A stretch of DNA of 64,000 nt, taken from the NCBI GenBank assembly GCA_963422375.2, contig OY729428.2, forward strand, positions 1,120,001 through 1,184,000, written 5' to 3'. The DNA is from Bryobacterales bacterium. GTDB lineage: Bacteria; Acidobacteriota; Terriglobia; Bryobacterales; UBA6623. The position numbers and the translations under genes are program-made. Position 1 is the stretch's first letter. Each line of letters begins with the position of its first letter. The notes beneath the pieces are model-generated. The model made no database searches. It had not been told where the DNA came from and saw only the letters and a list, made by a program, of their open reading frames with translations. Shown here piece after piece: positions 1-10,299 of the stretch.

Positions 1-258
1 CAGGGCGACTTCGACTCTCTCGCCTTCCACGCGGACCTCGCCGGAGGCCGGGAGGTAGTCCAGTCCCTTCGCCGCGTCGACACGCACCCTGGCGGCGCCG
101 GCATCGAGCGGGATCCAGACGGGCCCGGTCCCGCGGGCGTAGGCGACGATCTCGCTCTGGCGCTTGCTCACGTGGACCGAAGCGAAGCGCAGGCCGTGCG
201 GCCCGACTGCATCCCCACGATCCCGACCGACCCGGCGTAATATCGGCGCAGCCTCCAT
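1..258 (-). CDS. Partial ORF running off the window edge, weakly resembling CehA/McbA-family metallohydrolase segment
   Basis: Manual translation from ATG 258: MEAAPILRR...VRVDAAKGLDYLPASGEVRVEGERVEVAL, open to position 1; KGLDYLP resembles the RGFEY.P motif of that family. Confidence 0.3.
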   Translation of the reverse strand, partial: MEAAPILRRVGRDRGDAVGPHGLRFASVHVSKRQSEIVAYARGTGPVWIPLDAGAARVRVDAAKGLDYLPASGEVRVEGERVEVAL

Positions 259-411
259 GCCTCGCGCCGGCACGCAACCCTTCGATCCGACGACACGCAT
301 GCCTCGAGCGCCCCGCGCCGCGGGCCGTACAATACGGGCAGATGAAGAGTCAGCCTAAGGGCCGGGGGCGAGGCGCGGGTCACGGCCGAGAAGGAGGCCG
401 CACCCCGGCGC

Positions 412-1353
412 GTGGACTACGACGGGGCCTACAAGGTCCTCTTCTCCACGGCGCGGATGGTGGTCGACCTGGTGCGCGGCTACGCCAGGGAACTCGATCT
501 CGACGAGATCGACTACACGACCTTGGAGCCCGCGAGCCCCTCCTACCTCGGCGCGGAGGCCGTCAAGCGCTACGGGGACCTGCTGTGGAAGGTGCAAACG
601 AAGGGCGGGCGGCCGGTGTACGTCCTCGTGCTGCTGGAGTTCCAGTCGAGCGTGCAGGACTACATGGCGGTGCGCCTGATGACCTACGTGGGCCTGCTGT
701 ACGAGTCGCTGTGCCAGCGGCAGGGGTTCCCCCCGCTGCCCATCCTGGTGCCGGTGGTGCTGTACTGCGGCCGGGACAGGTGGACGGCCGCGGACAGCGT
801 GCGCCCGCTGGTGCTAGCCGAGCCGGCGGCCCTGGCGGGCTTCGTGCCGGGGTTCCGCTACATTCTGATCGACGAGCGACGCTGCGAGCTACTGGGCCTG
901 GAGCAGCGCAACTTGGTGGACGCGATGATTCGCTGCGGGCGGGCGGCGTCGGCGCCGGCGGCGTCGGAAGAGGTGCTGCGGCTGCAGGAGTGGCTGCGGG
1001 GGGACGCGAACGCCGCGCTGCGGCGGGCCTTCGTGACCTGGCTCGACATCGTGCTGATTCGGCCGCAGTTCCCCGAAGTGAAGCTGAAGGCCGGAGACGG
1101 CCTAGTGGAGGTGGCGAAGGTGCTGGGAAACTCTATGACTTGGATCGAGCAGGCGGAGACGGAGGGCCGCGAGGAGGCGCTGAGGGACACGTTCCAGCGC
1201 GTGGTCCGAAACCGGTTCGGGGAACCCGTCGCCGAGGCCGTGGCTTCCCTGAGCCGGCCGTTCGAGTCGGGCGAGACCTTCGCCCGAGCCCTGGACCGGG
1301 CCTACGTCTGCCGAAGCGAAGACGAGCTCCTCTCCAAGCTGGCCACGCTCTGA
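412..1353 (+). CDS. Rpn family recombination-promoting nuclease / YhgA-like PD-(D/E)XK protein
   Basis: 313 aa; motifs YDGAYKVLFS, RYGDLLWKV, YVLVLLEFQS, MAVRLMTY, PVVLYCG..RWTA, C-terminal EGREE helical tail. Confidence 0.88.
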   Translation: MDYDGAYKVLFSTARMVVDLVRGYARELDLDEIDYTTLEPASPSYLGAEAVKRYGDLLWKVQTKGGRPVYVLVLLEFQSSVQDYMAVRLMTYVGLLYESLCQRQGFPPLPILVPVVLYCGRDRWTAADSVRPLVLAEPAALAGFVPGFRYILIDERRCELLGLEQRNLVDAMIRCGRAASAPAASEEVLRLQEWLRGDANAALRRAFVTWLDIVLIRPQFPEVKLKAGDGLVEVAKVLGNSMTWIEQAETEGREEALRDTFQRVVRNRFGEPVAEAVASLSRPFESGETFARALDRAYVCRSEDELLSKLATL

Positions 1354-1440
1354 GGCGGCGCAGGCGAGTGCGCCTTGGCGGGCGGATCCGCTGCCGACTT
1401 GGCTGGGTCGCGCGCTCCCGGCAGCGTCAGCCTCGCCTAG

Positions 1441-3350
1441 CCCGCATTATTCATGGATGCGGCGCAGGCTCATGGATCCGGTTTCCGGGCCCTCGATGGC
1501 CGCCGAATCTGCTTCCGAATCGCCTGCGGGCGGGGCTTGCGGGACGTCTCGCGAGCGGCGTGCGGGCCTCGGGCACCTCGGCGGCGGCGTCCGCCCGGGA
1601 GACAGGCACGGTTTCCCCCGGCGGCGCCCCGCGCCTGCCGACGCACTCTCCCGAGTGACCCGGCCCGGGGTCATATCGGCGCGGCCCCAAGCCCCGCGCC
1701 ACCACCACCCAGGCGTCCCGGAACGGTGCCGTCCGCGGCACTCGCAGCACGATCCGCTTCGCCGTGACCGCGACCCGCGCCCCCGGCTTCGGCAGGCCGA
1801 GGCGCAACCCGTCCACCCGGCGCTTCCGCAGCGGCGTGTCCCGTGCCTGCCAGCGCAGTTCCTGCATGATCACGCAGGCCGCCGCCGCGAGCGGCACGCG
1901 GAACCGGTTCGCCGCGAAGCTCGTGCAGCTGGCGCGGTCCATCCGCATCCCTTGCTTGAGCTCCTTGATGCGGTTCTCCACGTCTCCCCGCAGGCAGTGG
2001 ATCCGCTCGTAGAGGCGCTGCGGGCTGCCGCCCGCGTTGGTCACCGCGTAGCGCGGGTGCCACTGCGGGGCGCGCCCGGGAAACTCGCTCACGTCCGCCT
2101 TGACGATCACCCGCCGCGCCCGCGACCGGCGGCCCGCCCGGTAGACGAACTGCCCGTACAGCGGGCCCGGCCGGCCCCCCTGCGTGCCGGCTCCCAGCCG
2201 CGCGTACTTCGCCCGCAACTGCTCCAGGCGGGTCCCCCGGGGCCGCCCCTTCCCCGCCGGGGTCCGTGCCCGGGATGCCGCCGGGCGCGCGCCGGGCCTC
2301 GACGGCCGCCCGCAACGGGGCCGCGCGCCGCTCCGGCACCGCGTTCTTCTGCAGGCACGCCACGTACTCCAGGCCCTCGCGCTCGCCATAGGCCAGCAGC
2401 TCGTCCCCTTGGAAGCCCGCGTCCAGGCGCAGGCGCAGCGTCGCCCGCGGGAAGAATTCCCGCAGCAGCGGCAGCAAGCGGTCCAGCAGCGGCAGCAAGC
2501 CCTCCGCGGCCGCCGCCGTGCCCGAGCGCAGCAGCGCCGCCACGAGATGCCGCTCGCGCTCGTCGTCGAAGCGCACCGCGCCCACCAGCGGCAAGTAGCA
2601 AGGCAAGTAGCAATGCGTGTCGTAGAAGCCGTTGCACAGCGCCAGCTGCCGGCCCCCGTGCGTCGGCTCGCAGGTCGGGTCGAAGTCCAGCTCGACGATC
2701 CTCGTCTCGGGGCGCCGCTCGTGCCGGCGCCGCACGACGCAGCGGGCCGGTACCGCGGACAGCGCGCTCGGCGCGTCCGCGGTGCCGGCGTTCTCGAAGC
2801 GCGACAGGGTGGGCCGGGACGGCAGGTCGCGACCCTGCCAGGGGTCGCGCCCGAGCGGCAGCTTGAACACGGGGTCGCCGCCGAGGCGCCCGGCGTCGTT
2901 GCAGTCCTCGCAGCCGCAGGCGAGGCCGTAGATGCGCTGGCCGAGCATGTCGGCGAGGGAGTGGAGCACCTCGGAGGGCTGGCGCCGGTCGCGCAGGCAG
3001 TCGGCGAACGCCGCGGTGAGGCCGAGAGCGCGGTCGGCGATCACGACCGGGACAGCGCCGCCGTCGGAGCTGCTGCGCTCGTGATCGAAGCGGACGGCGA
3101 CGGGGCGACGGCGCGGATTGCGGGACGGAAGGCCTTGGGAGCCTGCGGCTGCGACCATGGATTCAATAGCACCTACCGGCTGAAAACAGTTGCAGTCAAT
3201 TGACTTGGATCTCACCCGAACCGGGCCGGGGTTGCCGCCGGGGATCGCAGGGCACTCGTGGGAGCGAGGATCGCGCTGGACCGGAGGCCCTCACGGCCCG
3301 GGCGGAGGGACCGGACTATGGCCCTCCGGGCTACTCATGAATTATCCGGG
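1441..3350 (-). mobile_element. IS1380-family insertion sequence (1910 bp) with TIRs and CTAG target duplication
   Basis: Left end CCCGCATTATTCATG; right end reverse complement CCCGGATAATTCATG; CTAG at 1437-1440 and 3351-3354. Confidence 0.88.
1671..3215 (-). pseudogene. IS1380-family transposase, frameshifted near 2260
   Basis: N-part SSDGG, GQRIYGLACG.EDCND, LSRFEN, DFDPT, RLDAGF in ORF 1671..3215; C-part RGDVENRIKELK, SFAANRFR in a different frame (ORF 1451..2389); 12-bp duplication gives CYLPCYLP. Confidence 0.85.
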
Positions 3351-3411
3351 CTAGGACGCATCCCTCAACGGCTCGATGTCGATGCGTCGCAGGCGAAAAG
3401 CGACGCGACAC

Positions 3412-3753
3412 TCAGTCGAAGTGCTCGTCCAGAGGATCGAACGCCGGAATCGGGATGTTGAGAATCCGCAGGTTCCCGCTAGCGCGGTGCCTGCAGCCGG
3501 GCCGGATCATCACCGACGTCAGCGGCCGCAGAGGGTAGGTGCGTCCGTCGAGCTCGATGCTGCCCTCGCCCTCCAGCACGACGTAAATCTCCGTCATGCC
3601 CTTGTGGTAGTGCGTCTGCGAGTCGGCGCTGATATCGGTCAGATGCACTGTCGCGACATCGTTGCCCGGCCCCGCGAATGCTCGCCGCGCCTGCCCGCAA
3701 GGGCAGGCGACGGGCGGGACCTCGTCCAGCTGGGCGATGCGAAATCTTGCCAT
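3412..3753 (-). CDS. Cupin domain protein (113 aa)
   Basis: ATG at 3753; CPCG motif, THYHKGMTEIYVVLEGEG and IRPGCRHRA cupin motifs. Confidence 0.85.
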   Translation of the reverse strand: MARFRIAQLDEVPPVACPCGQARRAFAGPGNDVATVHLTDISADSQTHYHKGMTEIYVVLEGEGSIELDGRTYPLRPLTSVMIRPGCRHRASGNLRILNIPIPAFDPLDEHFD

Positions 3754-3886
3754 GGAGGTCCCTTCTGCAACCTGCCGGCCTATCATACCTATCGCTGTCC
3801 CGCCCGCGGCCCGACCGAGGCACGCACCGCGCGTTCCGGCGTCGCCGCAGTCAGAACCCGAGAGAAGCGAGCCGAGGGGGCGACTC

Positions 3887-4741
3887 TCACCGGAAGCTGC
3901 GCCAAGCGTCGTCGCATTCCAAGCATCCCGAACCGCGCTCGTGCAGGAAGACGGTCGCATCCCGCTCCAGCTCCCGCCGGACCGCGTCGACGATGTCCCG
4001 AGAAGCTGCGAGTCACGCGGGCGCGTATCCGACCCTCCCCTCGGCCTGCCGACCATCCGTCCGCAACCAGTCGCCCGCGAGACTGAACCGGCTGCAGCAG
4101 TGGTCGTTCTCCTCGTAGTCGACACGAAGCGCGACGCCTCTCGAGATCACGGTGCAGTGCCTTGCCATGCGGTACGGCACGCCGGCCAGGATCTCGGCCA
4201 GGTGGATCGTGGTGTTCGATTCGTGCCCGACGCCCGCGAGCAGCAGCTTGCCTTGCAACTCCAGGACCCGACCGACGGGGCTCTTCATGCCGTGAGGGGG
4301 AAAGCAGATCGGATCCGCCGTGACGGCCGCTGCCTTCGGCCCCGCCGCGGCGAAGGCAAAGGGGTGGTCGCTGCGCTCAACGCACGGCAAGCGCCAGAAC
4401 GTGTCGGCGACAGCTCCTAGATCCGGGTTGGCCGGGGTGACGCCGGTATAAAACGGGGCGTCGTCGTTGCCGGTGTACGACGGCATCACCAGCGTGCCGT
4501 CCGGACCAAGCGCCTGGAGCAGGCCGGCGATCAGGCCGGCAGGCCCTCCCGCGGCCGGCCGGATCGCGCGGTACGAGGCGTGAAACAGGAGCGTCTCCCC
4601 GTCCCGGACACCCAACGCGCGAAGTTGCGCGGCCACCTCCGACGGGGGAAGCGACCGCTTGGCCTGCCAGTCCCGATCCGCAGGCGTGCGTCTTGGGGCG
4701 TGGGCGGTCCGCCTCACGGCGTCGCGTAGCGAAGTTCCCAT
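3887..4741 (-). pseudogene. AAC(3)-IV-like aminoglycoside 3-N-acetyltransferase with in-frame TGA at 4013-4015
   Basis: HASYRA, GPDGTLVMPS, DLGAVADTFWRLP, HPFAFAAAGP, NTTIHLAE, RVDYEENDHCC; read-through after TGA gives LAASRDIV...FLHERGSGCLECDDA, matching the AAC(3)-IV C-terminus; true start uncertain. Confidence 0.85.
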
Positions 4742-6819
4742 CGGTCCGGGTCCCCGGTGCAGGCCGCCGCCAGCGACCTCAGCGGGGCTCTGGCCTTGAG
4801 GACCATCTCGTCAAACTCGGCGCGCGGGTCCGACAGAGCTACGATTCCGCCACCAGCGCCGATGGTCGCGCGCGAGCGGTCCGTGACAATAGCCCGGATC
4901 ACGATGCTCAGGTCCATCCGGTCGCCGTACGACAGGAAGCCGAGGGCTCCGGAATACGGTCCCCGGGCGCGGCGCTCCAAGCGGTCGATGATCGCCAGCG
5001 TGCGCTGCTTCGGTGCGCCCGTCATCGATCCGCCCGGAAACGCGGACTCCAGCAGGTCGAGGCAGTCCCGATCCGGCCGGAGCCTGCCCGTCACGGTGCT
5101 CACGAGGTGGTGGACAGTGCTGTACGACTCGACATCGATCAGCTTCGGGACCCGGACCGACCCGACCGCTGCGACACGCCCGATGTCGTTCCTCAGGAGG
5201 TCCGCGATCATCAGGTTCTCCGAGCGCGACTTCTCGTCGGACCGGAGCCATGCGGCCAAGCTCGCGTCACTGGCGCTGTCCGCGCCGCGGGCGCAGGTGC
5301 CCTTGATCGGCTTCGCGGACACGATCCGGTCGCGCGACACCCGCAGGAAGCGCTCCGGCGAGGAGCTGAGCACCGCGAAATCGCCGAATCGCAGATAGGC
5401 GGCGTGCGGAGCCGGGTTGAGATCACGCAGTCGGAGGTAGGCATCGTACGGCGCGAGCTCGAAGTCGGCCGAGAATTCGCTGGTCAGGCAGATTTGATAC
5501 GAGTCGCCTGCCGCCAGGTGGTCTAGACAATCGCGGATCTTGCACCGGTACGCGCTCGGACCGTCGGCCAGCCGCACTATCAATCGTTCTGCGCCGGGCC
5601 GGGCCCGGCATGGGGCCTCGACCGGGTCGCTCAGCCGTTGCGCGATCCAGTCGAACCACGGCGCAACCTCCTCCTCGGGCCTCTCGGCGCTGGCGACAAG
5701 CAGCACCTGGCGCTCTTCGTGGTCGAAGACCACGCAGCGGTCGGCGTCTATGAAGGCGGCGTCCGGCAGGCGCGATGCCCTGCTCGCGGGCGAGCCGAGC
5801 TCGTTGCGCATTTCGTAGCCGAAAAACCCCACTAGGCCGGTCTGGCAGTCGAACGGCAGCGCCTCGTCAAGACGCATCGGCCGCGCGAGGCGCGCACGGA
5901 GCTCCGAGACCAGCGATTCGACCGGTCGCGTCCGAAAGAGCGAGCCTCGACCGACCGCTAGCGTGCGGTCTGAGCACCTGTAGCGGAGCACTTCGCTCCT
6001 CGGGCCGGAGTCGTCGCCCATCACGCTGAACCTCGAGACACCCGGCACGAAGGCGGAGCTGTCGAGCCAAAAACTGTTCGCCGACTGGCGATACAAGAGC
6101 TCGAAGGCTCGCTGCGGGGGAATCCAGCGCTCCAAGAGGCGCGAGGCGATTCGGCACTTCCGGCCCTTGCGAAAGGCAGGCCTTGCTACAGCAGCAGGCC
6201 CGGCCGCGGCCCGATCACGGGGACGGGGCGCCAGCCCGCCGGATGCAAGGCGAAGGAAGTTGCGGATCAGCCGCTCGCCGTACTCCGCCGACACGGACTC
6301 CGGGTGGAACTGGACCCCAAACTGCGGCCGATGCCTGTGACTCACCGCCATCGGGATTCCGTCCGCAGTCGAGGCCGTCACTTCGAGACAGCCCGGAATC
6401 GAGTCGCTGTCCAAGCAGAGCGAGTGGTACCTCACCGCGTCAAACGACTGCGGGATTCCGTCGAACAAGGCACCCCCGTAGTGAGTGACCCGCGAGCTGC
6501 GCCCGTGCATCGGCACCGGCGCTCGCTGCACTCTCGCCCCGTAAGCATGGCCGAGCCCTTGGTGGCCCAGGCATACACCGAGCAGCGGAACGTCCGATTC
6601 GAGGATCAAATCCAAGCAGGTGCCGAAATCGGACCGCCTTGCCGGAGTTCCCGGGCCCGGCGAGATCAGAACCGCTTGGACCTTGTGCCGACCGACTATG
6701 TCCCTCCATCCCGTGCAGTTGTTCGGCACGACGATCGGCTGGGAAGTGGTGACCGAGGCAACGACCTGGCTCAGATTGAACGTGAAAGAGCCCCGGTTAT
6801 CAACGATCAGGACGTTCAT
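4714..6819 (-). CDS. pabB: Aminodeoxychorismate synthase, fused glutamine amidotransferase + chorismate-binding domains (PabA-PabB)
   Basis: Start MNVLIVDN at 6819; ISPGPG, LGVCLGHQ, QFHPES (GATase); SPERF, KPIKGT, SENLMIADLLRND, FPGGSMTGAPK. Confidence 0.9.
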   Translation of the reverse strand: MNVLIVDNRGSFTFNLSQVVASVTTSQPIVVPNNCTGWRDIVGRHKVQAVLISPGPGTPARRSDFGTCLDLILESDVPLLGVCLGHQGLGHAYGARVQRAPVPMHGRSSRVTHYGGALFDGIPQSFDAVRYHSLCLDSDSIPGCLEVTASTADGIPMAVSHRHRPQFGVQFHPESVSAEYGERLIRNFLRLASGGLAPRPRDRAAAGPAAVARPAFRKGRKCRIASRLLERWIPPQRAFELLYRQSANSFWLDSSAFVPGVSRFSVMGDDSGPRSEVLRYRCSDRTLAVGRGSLFRTRPVESLVSELRARLARPMRLDEALPFDCQTGLVGFFGYEMRNELGSPASRASRLPDAAFIDADRCVVFDHEERQVLLVASAERPEEEVAPWFDWIAQRLSDPVEAPCRARPGAERLIVRLADGPSAYRCKIRDCLDHLAAGDSYQICLTSEFSADFELAPYDAYLRLRDLNPAPHAAYLRFGDFAVLSSSPERFLRVSRDRIVSAKPIKGTCARGADSASDASLAAWLRSDEKSRSENLMIADLLRNDIGRVAAVGSVRVPKLIDVESYSTVHHLVSTVTGRLRPDRDCLDLLESAFPGGSMTGAPKQRTLAIIDRLERRARGPYSGALGFLSYGDRMDLSIVIRAIVTDRSRATIGAGGGIVALSDPRAEFDEMVLKARAPLRSLAAACTGDPDRWELRYATP

Positions 6820-7068
6820 GGAGTCCGGGCGTTCGCTCGCATATGCACGGGACGCGTTGGCTTGCAGTCCAGAGGATCGCCGAACGGCAGCAACACGGAA
6901 GGCGGTAAGTGCACTGACCTGTCTGCAGGCGGGCATCAAGCGGCTCCGCAAGGCCGCTAGGCGCGAGGTCAGGAACGCCCGCGCGAAGACAGGTTACGGA
7001 GCGGAGCCCTCGAGGACGGAAGCGGCCCATGCCCGGAACTCCCTCTGCGTCACCCGCTAAGTGTTCCA

Positions 7069-8277
7069 TCATTCCAACGATTGCCGGTGCGGCGGACGAC
7101 TCGTGCAGGCACCGTTTCTCGCGACCCGAGTGCCGGTTGCAGGGCTTTGCATCGGGGAGTCAGCAGCTCCCTCAGTCCCTACCAGGCGGGAAGGCGAGGT
7201 GTCCCTCCATTTATTATTCTGCACGGAAGCGGCTCGCCGGTTCTCGGCGGGAACCGGAGCGGACGGTGAGGCAGCGCGGTCATCCGCCCGATCCGCATTC
7301 CAGTCCGGAGCCGGTACCCGCTCCCGCCACTGCTGCAAGCGCTCGGCGACGATGGACCGTATGTCGCCGTCCGGGAGGCGCAGCACGTACTGCCGATGCA
7401 CTTAGAGACCGAAGTGCTCCAAGTCGGAATAGCTCACGCCGTGTAGACGCTCGGCCAGCGCCGTCAGCGAGTGGCCCAGTCTTGACTCGAGTCGCTGTTC
7501 CAAGAGTCGAAACCTCTCAGCTGCAAGCGCCACCGTCGGAGGTGGCAGCGTCCACCGCACCTGGAACCGACGCCAGACCGCTCGATCGAGCAGCTCCGGT
7601 TGGTTCGTCGCCGCAACCGCGACGACATGACTCGGCACGGCATCGATCTGCAGGAGGAGAGATCCGACAACCCTTTTTATCTCGCCCGTTTCGCGGAGGT
7701 CACCGCGCTCCTTGCCGACTAGGTCGAACTCGTCGAACAACAACACGCATTGACGGGTGCGGACCTGATCGAACAGTTGCGAGCAACGCACTGCGGTCTC
7801 TCCGGGATGACTGGCGAGCACGGATTCATTGCGGACGGTCAGCAGCGGGACAGCCAGCTCCGTCGCGAGCGCTTCCGCCAGCGCAGTCTTGCCGTTGCCG
7901 GGAGGGCCGGTGAGCAGGACGCGGTGCCTCGGCTCCAGACCGTGTGCCCGCAGCAGGTCAGCGCGCCGATACTCCTCAATCAGTTCCCTGGCGGCCCGCG
8001 CCACCGCGTCAGGGAGCACGAGTTCGTGCAGCCGCCGTTCCGGCGACGTCTCGCTGTACAGGTCGACGTCCGGTACGTCGCGCCGATTGGCTGGCGCCGC
8101 ACGGTCCGCCTGGCGAGCGCTGGTCGGTTGACGATGCGCCGCGAGTCGGTCCGCCAGCACATGGTGCTGCTTGGCGCGTTCGTCGGCGACAAGGGCTTCC
8201 AATGACTTGCGAAACCCCGCTCGGTCACCGCGCGCACCTGCGCGAACGAGATCCAGCAGTTGACCCGAACGTGCCAT
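7069..8277 (-). pseudogene. AAA+ ATPase of IetA-like type (usually partnered with an S8 protease), premature TAA at 7402-7404
   Basis: ERAKQHHVLADRL N-terminus, GPPGNGKT Walker A, LLFDEFD Walker B, GEIKRVV, AATN..ELLDRAVWRRF; in-frame continuation VHRQYVLRLP...RLQQWRER after the stop. Confidence 0.75.
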
Positions 8278-8669
8278 GCCAGGAGATCTCCGCCGGGAGG
8301 GCTCGAACGCGTTCGGAGACTATCCCGGCCATCATTGATCAGCCGAATCCCTCAAGCAGATCCGGCCTGCCTACATCCAGTCTCGCATCCTCCGATCCGG
8401 CTCCCGAAGCCGGCGTCGCACCGACCGAAATCCCGCCGACAACGCGAGAGAGACCGGCGAGGGCGTTCGCAATGGAGCATGAATCATTCAAAGCGACGTA
8501 ATGGCAGACCATATCCTCAGTTATCCTCAGTTGAATCTAGATTGCATGGCGTAACAGCGAGGCTCCTATTCAAGCTAAACTTGCATTTGGTCGGAAGCGG
8601 GCAGGCGGGCACGCGATGGAATCCAGTTCCGAACGGCTGTGATAGCCTACTGGGAAAGTCACGCGCCCG

Positions 8670-10175
8670 ATGGCTATCCCCGCTCGATTGCCCAAGATTT
8701 GCACCTGCGTCGGCCACGCCGACGCCTCCGTCGCGGCCGAAATCGCCATCGCGACGTGCGAACAAGGCGGTGCGCTGCTCGAGCTGCGGACCGACCTGCT
8801 GGCCGATCCCTGCTCCGGCTCGGGAGTCATTCGCGAGGTCCTGGGCAGACATCCCGGCACCGCGTTTCTCGCAACCTGTCGCAGGCGGGGCAACGGAGGG
8901 CGCTTCGCCGGGACCGTCGAGCAACAGGTGGAGGTGCTGCAGGCGGCGGTCCGGGCGGGAGCCGCCATAGTCGACCTGGAGATCGAGAGCCTCGAGGCAG
9001 CGCCCCGCGCCTTGGAAGAGTTTCCGAAGCAGGTCACGACTCTCGCCTCGTACCACGACTTCAAGCGGACTCCGGACTTGCTCCCCGTGGTGCGCCGGCT
9101 GCGGTCCACCGACGCAGACATCCTCAAGGTCGCCACGAGAGTCGTCCGGCCGAGCGACAACCTGAGACTCCTCGGCCTGTGTCGCGACCTGCCCAACGTC
9201 GTCGTGGCGGGCATGGGCGAGACCGGAGCTCCCGCGCGCCTGCTCGCGCCGCAGCACGGCGGGCTCTTCACCTACGCCGCGCCGGATGCCGATGGCGGTC
9301 GGGTCGAGCCGACAGCGCCCGGCCAGATCGCGACGTCAGCGGCTCGGGACCTCTACCGGATGCAGGACCGCACGACCGCGACCAAGGTGTACGCGGTCGT
9401 CGCCAAGCCCGTCGGCCACTCGAAGTCCCCGCTAATCCACAACCGGGCGTTCCAGGCCGCGGGCTTCGACGGGATTTACCTCCCGCTGCTCGTCGAGCCC
9501 GGGCACGTGGAGGACTTCTTCCGGACGTTGCGCGAACTGCCCCTGTCCGGAGCCAGCGTCACGATCCCCCACAAGCAGGCCGTGATGCCGCACCTCGACA
9601 AGGTGGACGCCGAATCCAGGGGCATCGGCGCCGTCAACACGATCTACTGGGACGAGGGTCGGGTCTGCGGGACCAACACGGACGCGGCCGGCGTCGCGGC
9701 TCCCCTGAGCAAGCGAGTCCGGCTCGACCGCTCCCGAGTGCTGGTAGTCGGCAACGGGGGCGCGGCCAGGGCCGCGCTCGTAGCGCTCCACCGGCGCGGT
9801 TCGCGGATCGCGGTAACCGGCCGGAATCCCGAGCGAGTCTCGCGCCTGGCGCTGCGGCACGGCGTGGAGGCGGTCCGCCTCGAGGATCTGGACGGGCGCT
9901 ATTTCGACGCGCTCGTCCAAGCCACCTCGGTCGGCATGCTGCCCAACTCCGACGACTGCCTCTTTCCCGGCCGCATCCCCGCCGACGTGGTCTTCGACTT
10001 GGTGTACAACCCGCTGGAGACCGCCCTGCTCCGGCACGCGGCGGACGAAGGCAAGACCGTAATCAGCGGCATCGAGATGTTCGTGGAGCAGGCCGCCGCC
10101 CAGTTCCGGATCTGGACGGGCCTGGACGCTCCACGCGGGGTCATGCGCGAGGCTGTCCTCGCCCGCGGAGATTAG
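8670..10175 (+). CDS. aroE: Bifunctional type I 3-dehydroquinate dehydratase / shikimate dehydrogenase
   Basis: ELRTD, SYHDFKRTP, DILKVA (AroD); HSKSPLIHN, SVTIPHK, GAVNT, NTD, GNGGAARA, DLVYNP (AroE). Confidence 0.92.
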   Translation: MAIPARLPKICTCVGHADASVAAEIAIATCEQGGALLELRTDLLADPCSGSGVIREVLGRHPGTAFLATCRRRGNGGRFAGTVEQQVEVLQAAVRAGAAIVDLEIESLEAAPRALEEFPKQVTTLASYHDFKRTPDLLPVVRRLRSTDADILKVATRVVRPSDNLRLLGLCRDLPNVVVAGMGETGAPARLLAPQHGGLFTYAAPDADGGRVEPTAPGQIATSAARDLYRMQDRTTATKVYAVVAKPVGHSKSPLIHNRAFQAAGFDGIYLPLLVEPGHVEDFFRTLRELPLSGASVTIPHKQAVMPHLDKVDAESRGIGAVNTIYWDEGRVCGTNTDAAGVAAPLSKRVRLDRSRVLVVGNGGAARAALVALHRRGSRIAVTGRNPERVSRLALRHGVEAVRLEDLDGRYFDALVQATSVGMLPNSDDCLFPGRIPADVVFDLVYNPLETALLRHAADEGKTVISGIEMFVEQAAAQFRIWTGLDAPRGVMREAVLARGD

Positions 10176-10299
10176 TCGCGGGCGGGCGGCGCCGGGAATC
10201 GCAGGGTCGCGGCCAGCCCCTCGATCCCCCCAATCGCGCCGCCCCGAGGACCCGGGAACGGTTGCCGTACAGTGAAGGAGGCGGGCGCAGGCTCCCGGC

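Noticed and set aside
342..1658. Long Arg/Gly/Pro-rich alternative-frame and antisense ORFs (also 8639..10411, 10141..11913, 12300..13988, 40238..42646 and others)
   Set aside because: Shadow ORFs expected in high-GC DNA; they overlap well-supported genes and have no motifs
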